NCBI GenBank assembly: GCA_030390025.1
Contig: JASTWF010000346.1
Coordinates: forward strand, 124,001-188,000
Direction: 5' to 3'
Length of the DNA stretch: 64,000 bases
Origin: Squalus acanthias
Lineage: Eukaryota
The position numbers were made by a program, and so were the translations under genes. Below the pieces are notes generated by a model. The model was not told where the DNA came from. It saw only the letters and a list, made by a program, of their open reading frames with translations, and did no database searches. This document shows positions 38,410-49,807 of the stretch, piece after piece; the first letter of the stretch is position 1; each line of letters opens with the position of its first letter.

Positions 38410-41300
38410 AGGTGCTTGAGGTCGTAGGTCTGGGTGGTGCTGCCGAAGAAGCCTTGGCAACTTGCTGTAGACAGTACACACTGCAGCCATGGTACGCCAG
38501 TAGTGGAGGATGTGGATGTGTAAGCTGGTAGATGGGGTACCCATCAAGTAGACTGTTTTGTCCAGGATGGTGTCAAGCTTCTCGAGTGTTGTAGTTGTAC
38601 CCATCCAGGCAAGTGGAACGTATTCCATCACACTCTTGTCTTGTGGACAGAGAAGGCTTTGGGGAGTCAGGAGGTGAGCCACACTCCACAGAATACCCAG
38701 CCTTTGACCTGTAGCCACGGTATTTATGTGGCTGCTCCAGTTAAGTTTCTGGTCCATGGTGACCCCCCAGGATATTGATGGTGGGGGATTCGGTGATGAA
38801 ATTTTGTTTTAATTTCATTCTCGGGATATGGGCATTGCTTGCAAGTCCAGCATTTATTGCCCATCCCTAGTTGCTCTTGAGAAGGTAATGTCATTGAATG
38901 TCAAGGGGAGATAGTTAAGCTCTCTCTCTCTTTGTAGATGGTCATTACCCGGCACTTGTGTGGCATGAATTTTAATTGCCACTTAGCCTAAACCTGGAGG
39001 TTGTCCAGATTTTGCTGCATGCGGGCATAGACTGCTTTATTATCTGAGGAATTGCAAATGTAGCTGAATACTATGCAGACATCAGTGAAAAGCCCCACTT
39101 CTGACCTTGTGATGGAGGGAAGGTCATTGATGAACAAGCTGAAGATGGTTGGACCGAGGACACTGCCCTGAGGAACTCCTGCAGCAATGTCCTGGGGCTG
39201 AGATGATTGGCCTCCAATCACAAACACCTTCCTTTGTGCCAACCATCTTCAGCTGCTTCATCAATGACCTTCGTTCCATCATAAGGTCAGAAGTGGGGAT
39301 GTTCGCTGATGATTGCACAGTGTTCAGTTCATTTCACAACTCCTCAGATAATGAAGCAGTCCATGCCCGAATGCAGCAAGACCTGGATGACATTCTGGCT
39401 TGGGCTGAAAAGTGGCAAGTAACATTCGCGCCACAAAAGTGCCAGGCACTGATTGTCTCCAACAACCGAGAGTCTAACCACCGCCCCTTGACATTCAACA
39501 GCATTACCATCGCTGAATCCCCCACCATCAACATCCTGGGGGTCACCATTGACCAGATACTTAACTGGACCAGCCACATAAATACTGTGGCTATAAGAGC
39601 AGGTCAGAGGCTGGGTATTCTCCAGCAAGTGTCTCACCTCCTGACTCCCCAAAGCCTTTCCGCCATCTACAAGGCACAAGTTAGGCGTGTGATGAAATAC
39701 TCTCCACTTGCCTGGATGAGTGCAGCTCCAACAACACTCAAGAAGCTCGACACCATCCAGGTCAAAGCAGCCCGCTTGATTGGCACCCCATCCACCACCT
39801 TAAGCATTCACTCCCTGCACCACCGGCGCACCGTGGCTGCAGTGTGTACCATCTACAAGATGCACTGCAGTAACTCGCCAAGGCTTCTTCGGCAGCATCT
39901 CCCAAACCTGCGACCTCAATCACCTAGAAGGACAAGGGTAGCAGGCGCATGGGAACACCATCACCTGCAAGTTCCCCTCCAAGTTTCACACCATCTTGAC
40001 TTGGAAATATATCGCTGATCCTTCATCGTCGCTGGGTCAAAATCCTGGAACTCCCTCCCTAACAGCACTGTGGGAGTACCTTCACCACAAGGACTGGAAT
40101 GGTTTAAGGCGGCGGCTCACCACCACCTTCTCAAGCGCAATTCGGGATGGGCAATAAATGCTGGCCTTGCTAGCGACGCCCACATCCCAGGAACGAATTT
40201 TTAAAAAAGTAAAGACTCCAGCCAGTGGAGAGTTTTCCCCCCGATCCCCATTTACTTTAGTGCTCTTTGGTGCCACACTGGGTCGAATACTGCCTTGATG
40301 TCAAGGGCAGTCACTCTCAGCTTACCTCTGGAGTTCAGCTCTTGTGTCCACGTTTGGACCAAGGCTGTAATGAGGTTTGGAGCAGAGTGGTGCTGGTGGA
40401 ACTCAAACTGAGCATCGGTTAGCATTGGTGAGTACATGTCACTTGATTGAACTGTTGACGACTCCTTTCATCGCTTTGCTGATGATTGAGAGTAGGCTGA
40501 TAGGGCAGTAATTGGCTGGATTGGTTTTTGACCTGCAGTTTGTGGACAACACATACCTGTGTAATTTTCCATTGTTGGGCAGAAGCCAGTGTTGTAGTTG
40601 TATTGGAACAGCTTGGTTACAGGCGTGGATAGTTCTGGATTACAGGCCATCGGCACTACAGCCGGGATGTTGTCAGTACCCACAGCCTTTGCATTGTCCA
40701 GTGCACTCAGCTATTTCTTGATATCACGTGGAGTGAATCAAATTGGTTGAAAACTGGCATCTGTGATTGTGGTGACCTCAGGAGGAGGCCAAGATGGATC
40801 ATCCACTCGGCACTGCTGCTGAAGATGGTTGCGAATGCTTCAACCTTGACTTTTGCACTCGCGTGCTGGGCTCCACCATCGTTTAGGATGGGGATGTTCA
40901 TGGAGCCTCCTCCCATTAGTTGCTTAATTGCCCACCACCATTTGCAACTGCATGTGGCAGGACTGCAGAGCTTTGACCTGATCCATTGGTTGTGGGATCA
41001 CTTAGCTCTGTCTATAGCATGCTGTTTCCACTGTTTAGCATGCATGTAGCCCCGTGTTTTGGCTTTACCAGGTTGGCAGCTCATTTTCAAGTATGCTTGT
41101 TGTTGCTCCTGGCATGTTCTTCTACACTCCTCATTGAACCAGGGTTGATTATGTGACTTGATGGTGATGGAGTGAGTGATATTCCAGGTTACAGATTGTG
41201 GTGGAATACAATTCTGCTGCTGATGGCCCACAGCACCTAATGAATGCTCAGTTTTGAGCTGCTACATCTGTTCTGAATCATTTAGCACGGTGGAGGATGT
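38410..41300 (-). mobile_element. Older LINE family B copy, interrupted by a tail fragment (~38800-38888) and a plus-strand copy
   Basis: The minus-strand LINE-B sequence ...cctttgtgcca stops at 39241 and resumes as gactccagccagtgg at 40214. Confidence 0.8.
39241..40213 (+). mobile_element. LINE family B 3' fragment nested in an opposite-strand copy
   Basis: TIFSCFINDL...MFADD... through the GGGATGGGCAATAAATGCTGG tail. Confidence 0.88.
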
Positions 41301-41499
41301 CTGTGTATGTGGGAAGAAATTATGGGCTAGATTGTCAACTTTCACGTCCGGGTGGTAATCTGGCACAGCTGATTGCCCATCCTTTATAGATCCCTCCTGA
41401 TTTTAATTCCATTGATTTCTTATTTACATCTCTTCCCTGGTTAGAGTCCACTCCAGCACGCCCCAAGGCTCCAGGCTTGACCCTCTCCAATTCCTCATA

Positions 41500-44400
41500 G
41501 GGAACGGTAGCGTAGTGGTAATGTCACTGGGTTAGTAATCCAGAGGCCTGGACTAATGATCCAGAGATGTGAGTTCAAATCCCACCACGGCACCTGGGGA
41601 ATTTAAATTCAGTAAATTAAATAAATCTGGAATAATTACTAGTATCAGTAATGAAACTATTGGATTGTCGTAAAAACCCATCTGGTTCCCTAATGTCCTT
41701 TAGGGAAGGAAATCTGCCGTCCTTACCTGGTCTGGCCTATATGTGACTCCAGACCCACAGCAATGTGGTTGACTTGTAACTGCCCTCTGAAATGGCCTAG
41801 CAAACCGCTACAAAACACAATAATAAGAATGAAACCGGACGGACCACTCGGCATCAGCTATGGACACGGCAACGGCACACCCAGCCCAGTCCTCCTCACC
41901 AACATCTGGAGACTTGTGCCAAAATTGGGAGAGCTGTCCTACAGACTAGTCAAGCAACAGCCTGACATAGTTATAGTCACAGAATCATACCTTCTCAGCC
42001 AATGTCCCAAACTCCTCCATCACCAGGACAAGCCCACCAGGGGTGGCGGCACAGTGGTATACAGTCGGGAAGGAGTGGCTGTGGGAGTCCTCAACATTGA
42101 CTCCGGACCCCATGATGTCTCATGGCTCCAGGTCAAGCATGGAAACCTCCTGCTGATTACCACCTACCGCCCTCCCTCAGCTGATGAATCAGTTGAGCAG
42201 CACTGAGAATGTACTCTGGGTGGGGGACTTCAATGTCCATCACCAAGGGTGGCTTGGTAGCACCACTACTGGCCGAGTCCTGAAGGACATAACTGCCAAT
42301 CTGGGCCTGCGACAGGTGGTGAGAGAACCAACACGAGGGAAAAGCCTACTTGACCTCGTTCTCACAAACCTACCTGTCGCAGATGCATCTGTCCATGACA
42401 GTATTGGTAGCAGTGACCACCGCACAGTCATTGTGGACCCGAAGTTCCAACTTCACACTGAGGACACCCTCCATCGTGTTGTGTAGCACTGCCACTGTTG
42501 CAATTGAATTAGATTCAGAACAGATCTAGCAGCTCAAAACTGGGCATCCATGAGGCACTGTGGGCAATCAGCAGAATTGTATTCCACCACAATCATGGCC
42601 CGGCATATCCCTCACTCTGCCATTATCATCCAGCTAGGGGACCAACCCTGGTTCAATGAGGAGTGTAGAAGAGCATGCCAGGAGCAGCACCAGGCGTACC
42701 TAAAAATGAGGTGCCAAATAAAAAGCAGAAGCAGCATGCTATCAACAGGGCTAAGCGATCCCACAATCAACAGATCAGATCAAATCTCCGCAGTCCTGCC
42801 ACATCCAGTCGTGAATGGTTGTGGACCATTAAAAAACTCCATGAATATCCCCATCCTCAATGATGGTGGAGCCCAGCACGTGAGTGCAAAAGACAAGGCT
42901 GAAGCGTTTGCAACCATCTTCAGCCAGAAGTGCCGAGTGGATGATCCATATTGGCCTACTCCTGAGGTCCCCACCATCACAGAAGCCAGTCTTCAGCCAA
43001 TTCGATTCACTCCACGTGATATCAAGAAACAGCTGTGCGCACTGGATACAGCAAAGGCTATGGGCCCCGACAACATCCCGGCTATCGTGCTGAAGACTTG
43101 TGCTCCAGAACTAGCTGCGCCTCTAGCCTCACGGCGGTAGTGCCACACAACACGATGGAGGGTGTCCTCAGTGTGAAGACGGAACTTCGTCTCCACAGCG
43201 ACTGTGCGGTGGTCACTGCTATCAATACTGTCATGGACAGATGCATCTGCGAGGAGGATGCCGAGAAACTCCAGGATGATTTGGACAGGTTGGGTGAGTG
43301 GGCAGAAGCGTGGCAGATGCAATATAACGTGGATAAATGCGAGGTTATCCACTTTGGTGTCAAAAACAGAAAGGCAGACTATTATCTGAATGGCAATAGA
43401 TTGGGAGAAGGGGAAGTGCAACGAGACCTGGGTGTCCTTGTGCACCAGTCGCTGAAGGTAAGCATGCAGGTGCAGCAGGCGGTGAAGAAGGCAAATGGTA
43501 TATTGGCCTTCATAGCGAAAGGGTTTGAGTATAGGAACAGGGATGTCCTGCTGCAGTTGTACAGGGCCTTGGTGAGACCACACCTTGACTACTGTGTGCA
43601 GTTTTGGTCGCCTTATCTGAGGAAGGATGTTCTTGTCATGGAGGGAGTTCAGCGAAGATTCACAAGGCTGATACCTGGGATGGCAGGAATGACATATGAG
43701 GAGAGATTGGGTTGATTGGGCTTATACTCGCTGGAGTATAGAAGAATGAGAGGGGATCTCATCGAAACATATAAAATTCTGACAGGTCTGGACAAACTAG
43801 ATGCAGGAAGAATGTTCCCGATGGTCGGAGAGTCCAGAACCAGGGGTCATAATCTAAGGATAAGGGGTAAGCCATTTAGGACAGAAATGAGGAGGAATTT
43901 CTTCACCCAGAGAGTGGTGAACCTGTGGAATTCTCTACCACAGAAGGTAGTTGAGGCCAAGTCATTAAATATATTCAAGAATGAGTTAGATATATTTCTT
44001 AAAGCTAAAGGTATCAAGGGATATGGGGAGAAGGCAGGTACAGGGTACTGAGTTTGGATGATCAGCCATGATCTCATCGAATGGCCGACTCCTGCTCCTA
44101 TCTTCTCTGTCTATGTCTATGTCTAGCCAAGCTGTTCCAGTACAACTACAACACTGGCATCTATCCGACAATGTGGAAAACTGCCCAGGTATATCCTGTC
44201 CACAATAAGCAGGACAAGTCCAACCCGGCCAATTACCGCCCCATCAGTCTCCTCTCAATCATCAGCAAAGTGAAGGAAGGTGTCATCAACAGTGCTATCA
44301 AGCGGCACTTACTCATCAATAACATGCTCACTGATGCCCAGTTTGGGGTCGGCTCCCGACCTCGTTACAGCCTTGATCCAAACATGGACAAAGAAGCAGA

Positions 44401-45590
44401 ATTCCAGAGGTGATGTGAGAGTGACTGCCCTTGACATCAAGGCAGCATTTGACCAAGTGTGGCATCAAGGAGCCCTAGTAATACTGAAGTCAATGGGAAT
44501 CAGGGGGAAAACGCTTCAGTCATACCTACCACAAAGGAAGATGGTTGTGGTGGTTGAAGGTCAATCATCACAGCCCCAGGACATCGCTGCAGGAGTTCCT
44601 CAGGCAGTGTCCTAGCTATCGTATTAGTGTCCTAGGCCCACCATCTTCAGCTGCTTCATCAATGACCTTCCCTCCAACATATGGTCAGAAATGGGGATGT
44701 TCGCTGATGACTGCACAGTGTTCAGCGCCGTTCACAACTCCTCAGATAATGAAGCAGTCCATACCCGCTTGCAACAAAACCTGGACGACATTCAGGCTTG
44801 GGCTGATAAGTGGCAGGTAACATTCGCACCACAGAAGTGCCAGGCAATGACTATCTCCAACAAGCGAGAGTCTAACCACCTCCCCTTGACATTCAACCGC
44901 ATTACCATCGCCAAATCCCCCACCATCAACATTCTGGGAGTCACCATTGAAAGGAAACTTAACTGGACCAGCCACATAATACTGTGGCTACAAGAACAGG
45001 TCAGAGGCTGGGTATTCTGCGACGAGTGTCTCACCTCCTGACTCCCCAAAGCCTTTCCACCATCTACAAGGCACAAGTCAGAAGTGTGATGGAATACTCT
45101 CCACTTGCCTGGATGAGTGTAGCTCCAACAACACTCAAGAAGCTCGACATCAACCAGGACAAAGCAGCCCACTTGATTGGCACCCCATCCACCACCTTAA
45201 AACATTCACTCCCTCCACCACCGGCTTACCATGGCTGCAGTGTGTACCATCTACAAGATGCACTGCAGCAACTCGCCAAGGCTTCTCCGGCAGCACCTCC
45301 CAAACCCGGGACCTCTTCCACCTAGAAGGGCAAGGGAAGCAGGCACATGGGAACACCACCACCTCCAAGTTACACACCATTCTGACTTGGAAATATATCG
45401 CCGATCCTTCATCATCGCTGGGTTAAAATCCTGGAACTCCCTCCCTGACAGCACTGTGGGAGAACCTTCAACACACGGACTGCAGCAGTTCAAAAGGTGG
45501 CTCACCACCACCTTCTCAAGGGCAACTAGGGATGGGCAATAAATGCTGGCCTTGCCAGCGACGCCTACATCACATAAACGAATAAAAGAA
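41500..45590 (+). mobile_element. Near full-length LINE family B (tRNA-like head, APE, RT, tail), degenerate, with a nested insert at 43129-44121
   Basis: A-box TAGCGTAGTGG (41508-41518) and B-box GAGTTCAAATCC (41571-41582); ATG at 41829 leads into LLTNIWRLVPKLGEL...TESYL; RT pieces run to ~45540; A-rich end at ~45580. Confidence 0.85.
43129..44121 (+). mobile_element. CR1 3' fragment with an inverted LINE-B segment at its 5' end
   Basis: TSD TCTAGCC (43122-43128 and 44122-44128); the CR1 part ~43250-44121 closely resembles 28500-29391; tail tctgtctatgtctatg. Confidence 0.88.
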
Positions 45591-45776
45591 ACATGCAGCC
45601 CCTTGGTGACATCATATGCAAGCACAAGCTCAGTTTCTCCATGTGTGTGTGGATGATGCCCAGCTTTACCACTTTAGCCTTTCCAACATCAAGTCGCAGA
45701 TAATTTTCTCCAGCTTAACATCAGCAACACTGAGGCCACATTGTTCACCTTCAACTAGAAATTGGAACTCCTGAGA

Positions 45777-46260
45777 TTTTTAAAATTTGTTCTGAGGGTA
45801 TGGGCAATGTTGATGAGGCCACATTTGTTGTCCATCCCTAGTTGCCTTGAGGAAATGAAGAGTTAACCACGTAGTGTGGACTGTAGTCTTGTGAAGGGCA
45901 CAGTGAACCACTTGGATTTGTACCACAGTCCGGCAGCTTTCATGGTCATGTTTTCTGGCACGTGCCCACAAATGACCAGATTCATTGAATTCAATTCCAT
46001 ATCTTGCCATTGTGGATTTGAACTCACAGTAATTTTAACCTAACTCTCCAGTGGGGAAACCCACGGGATCAGGTGGAACGCCGGTTTTATACCTCGCACA
46101 GTATTGCTCTCTGTTGACTTCAATGGAGAGTAAAATCAGTCGGAGTGTGAAACCAGCGTTACACCCGATCCTGTCAGTATCCTGACGAGTGGGTTAGGGT
46201 CAAATTGCCTCCTCATCTCTGGATAGTTTTCCAGTATTATAACCACTACAGTAACACACC
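45777..46260 (-). mobile_element. SINE composed of LINE-B 5' head + LINE-B 3' tail, with a nested MITE (46029-46209)
   Basis: The reverse complement aligns block by block to 41505-41785 (including gagttcaaatcc) and then directly to the ctcaagg-caactagggatgg tail. Confidence 0.65.
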
Positions 46261-46971
46261 CATCACCTTTCCTGGGGATTCGCTTAGACTACGCCTGATT
46301 GTATGGAGCCTCTGTGTGCCACTTAACCCTGAGCTGAGCTTCAAACCTCACATTTAGTCCATCATCAAGGCTTAATTCCACCTTTGTAACATCATCTGTC
46401 GATGTCCTTACCTAATGCCCGTGGCCTTCATCCTCTCTCCCTGTGCAGTCATTTTCAACTCCTGCTTTTCTGACTTTGATCTTCTCTGCATGCAGCCCCT
46501 CATCCCCATTCCCAGTGATAGCAGAGCTTTGAGTCAACATGCCCCTGCAGTCTGGGATTCTGTTCCTAAACCCCTCCCTCATGCTGCAACTCTCTCCACC
46601 TTCAGAAACCTCAAAACCTGCTTTCTGCTTCGGGCACATCCCCTAATGCCTGCCCTCCCCCTGACCCCTCTATAAAGGATTTCATTATGTAAAAGATGCT
46701 GTAACAGTGTGAGTTGTCGGGTCTGTTGACGGGGGGTCAGGGTGCAGGTGGCTGGAAACATAGAGCAACACTTCCGCAAACCATCCAGCTCAGAAATCAC
46801 CCTGACACAGTAAAGGGAGTGTCTAAGATGAGAAAATGGGCAGATCTAATCCTGATGGGTGAATGGGCCCGAATCTCTCCCCCCAATCCCCGGCGAGTCT
46901 CTCCCCCGATCCCCAGTTAGTCTCTCTCTAATCCCGGGTGAATCTCACTAATTCTCTGCTTTTTCTCCCAG

Positions 46972-47468
46972 TCTCTGTGACCCTGGATGTGGAAACAGCG
47001 AATCGATGGCTCGAGGTGTCTGAGGATCTGAAGAGTGTGAGATGGACCGGGACCCGGAGGAATCTCCCTGACACCGAGAAGAGGTTTACAGGCTGGGGCT
47101 GTGTGCTGGGATCGGAGGGATTCACATCGGGGAGACATTACTGGGAGGTGGAGGTGGCGGGAAATCGGGACTGGATTCTGGGAGTAGCCGCAGAGTCTGT
47201 GGAGAGGAAGAGAGACGTCACAATGAGCCCGGAGACTGGATTCTGGACCATCGCGCGGGTTGATGATGATTTTTATGTAAACTCCTCCCCTGAATCCCCT
47301 CTCCCCGCCGGTCAGATCACCGGGAAGGTGGGAGTTTATCTCAGTTATGAGTCCGGGACAGTTTCATTTTTTAGCGCGGACACCAAGTCCCATCTCCACA
47401 CCTTCACTGGGAATAAATTCACGGAGAAACTTTATCCTTTCTTCGCGACTGGGGAAACGAGTGGCTGA
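46972..47468 (+). CDS. B30.2 (PRY-SPRY) terminal exon, inferred last exon of the butyrophilin-like gene
   Basis: Acceptor ttttctcccag|TC, phase 1. VSVTLDVETANRWLEVSEDLKSV...CVLGSEGFTSGRHYWEVEV...VGVYLSYESGTVSF...LYPFF. Stop TGA at 47466-47468. The domain call is firm; joining it to the upstream exons is inferred from phase and domain order. Confidence 0.9.
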
Positions 47469-47679
47469 GAATCTGCTCCGGCTCCCATCCGGGTCTGTAA
47501 AAGGGGCGGGGCCTCGGGCCGTCCGCGTCATCCATGACATCACAATGACTTGACCCCGCGCCATTCGGGTCAGGGTCAGGGGTCAGGTGTTAGAAAATGT
47601 AATTTCCAAATTAAACATTGTAAAATCCCAATGAGACTGTAAATGAAACCAATACAAATATAAAATGTCAGAAAACTTA

Positions 47680-47685
47680 AATAAA
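47680..47685 (+). terminator. Candidate polyadenylation signal of the B30.2-containing transcript
   Basis: AATAAA about 210 nt after the stop, followed by GT/pyrimidine-rich sequence (cttgtgtctctcc). Confidence 0.5.
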
Positions 47686-48164
47686 AAGTAAATTCAATAC
47701 CTTGTGTCTCTCCTTCCATCATTTGCTCCCTGCTTCAGTCAGTCAAACTACCCAGTGCCGCCTCCATCTCTTCACCTGTTTCCCAATCTGACCTGTGATT
47801 TCCTCTGTTGGCATTTCTCACTCTGCACCCAGAACATGAAAGCCTGAGGGGGAAATCCACATATTGAACGGAGAAAATAGTGCGTTTCTAGGGAGTCCGG
47901 GGATATAGTCATTGTAATATTTACATTAAATATCACCTTTTTTTGTTTCATTTTAAGCAGTTTTAGTTATATTAGATTGTCGATCTTAAAAAAGGAATTA
48001 AAAAAGTGACATTTGTATTTTCAACACAGCAACCAATTCATCAATTCCTCAAAAGTTACCACCAGTCACCGTCCCACACCCAACTCCCACCATCCAAATT
48101 CATAAAGGAACGCTGGGCCCTCCAGACCCAGTTCAGAGATATTCCAACACTTCCACCAAAATCC

Positions 48165-49420
48165 CCACACTTTCACAGACACTGCACCCCATCTAACTCC
48201 CCACCCTTTCACACAGACACTGTACCCCATCCAACTCCCCACCCTTTCACACAGACACTGCACCCCATCCAACTCCCTACCCTTTCACACAGACACTGTA
48301 CCACATCCAACTCCCTACCCTTTCACACAGACACTGTACCCCATACAACTCCCCACCCTTTGACACAGACACTGTACCCCATCCAACTCCCCATCCTTTC
48401 ACACAGACACTGCACCCCATCCAACTCCCCACCCTTTCACACAGACACTGCACCCCATCCAACTCCCCACCCTTTCACACAGACACTGCACCCCATCTAA
48501 CTCCCCATCCTTCAACACAGACACTGTACCCCATCCAACTCCCCACCCTTTCACACAGACACTGTACCCCATCCAACTCCCCACCCTTTCACACAACCAC
48601 GTAACCCCATCCAACTCCCCACCCTTTCACACAGACACTGCACCCCATCCAACTCCCCACCCTTTCACACAGATACTGCACCCCATCCAACTCTCCACCC
48701 TTTCACACAGACACTGTACCCCATCCAACTCCCCACCCTTTCACACAGACACTGTACCCCATCCAACTCCCCACCCTTTCACACAGACACTGTACCCCAT
48801 CCAACTCCCCACCCTTTCACACAGACACTGCACCTCATCCAACTCTCCACCCTTTCACACAGACACTGTACCCCATCTAACTCCCCACCCTTTCACACAG
48901 ACACTGTACCCCATCCAACTCCCCATCCTTCAACACAGACACTGCACCCCATCCAACTCCCCACCCTTTCACACAGACACTACCCCATCCAACTCCCCAT
49001 CCTTTCACACAGACACTGTAGCCCATCCAACTCCCCATCCTTTCACACAGACACTGTACCCCATCCAACTCCCCACCCTTTCACACAGACACTGTATCCC
49101 ATCCAACTCCCCATCCTTTCACACAGACACTACCCCATCCAACTCCCCACCCTTTCACACAGACACTGTATCCCATCCAACTCCCCATCCTTTCACACAG
49201 ACACTGTACCCCATCCAACTCCCCATCCTTTCACACAGACACTGTACCCCATCCAACTCCCCATCCTTTCACACAGACACTGTACCCCATCCAACTCCCC
49301 ACCCTTTCACACAGACACTGCACCCCATCCAACTCCCCACCCTTTCACACAGACACTGTACCCCATCCAACTCGCCACCCTTTCACACAGACACTGCACC
49401 CCATCCAACTCCCCATCCTT
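48165..49420. repeat. Minisatellite, 39-bp unit, ~32 copies
   Basis: Unit CCACCCTTTCACACAGACACTGTACCCCATCCAACTCCC with minor variants. Confidence 0.97.
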
Positions 49421-49807
49421 TAATGGTGGGTGGGCTGGAATTTCACATGGGACTTGGCTTTACTGGATATTTTGAAGTGGGGAAGGGCACTCTCCCACTC
49501 CAAGCAGCCATGACTGGAAGGGGTGGGAGTGGAGGGATGCAGTCACCCATCAGAAATCCTGACAGTTCCACCTCGCCCCCAGTGCAAACTGCTCCTCCAT
49601 AATGCTAGGTGTTCCAGTGCACCTGTGTACGAAGACCAGCTCCAAGGTGCAAATGGAGCCCATATGTGCAGCAAATTTTGCAGAGTGATCAATAGCTGCT
49701 GGGAAAGGAACAATTTTAAATCTCACTGTTTTTCCAATTTTGACCCATTTCCGTCAAAATGCCACCACTCCCTCCCCTTACCCCGAAACTTTGCAGCAAA
49801 ACTGGGA

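Noticed and set aside
41500..41590. Functional tRNA gene
   Set aside because: It has A and B boxes but no clean cloverleaf or nearby oligo-T terminator, and it continues into repeat sequence.
46677..46713. Extra exon or TRIM penultimate exon ending at gtgagt just upstream of B30.2
   Set aside because: Weak acceptor, no convincing phase-1 frame or recognisable peptide.
47452..47458. GGGAAAC as a programmed -1 ribosomal frameshift site restoring the B30.2 end
   Set aside because: The heptamer is not in the required X XXY YYZ register; the zero frame reads GGG GAA ACG.
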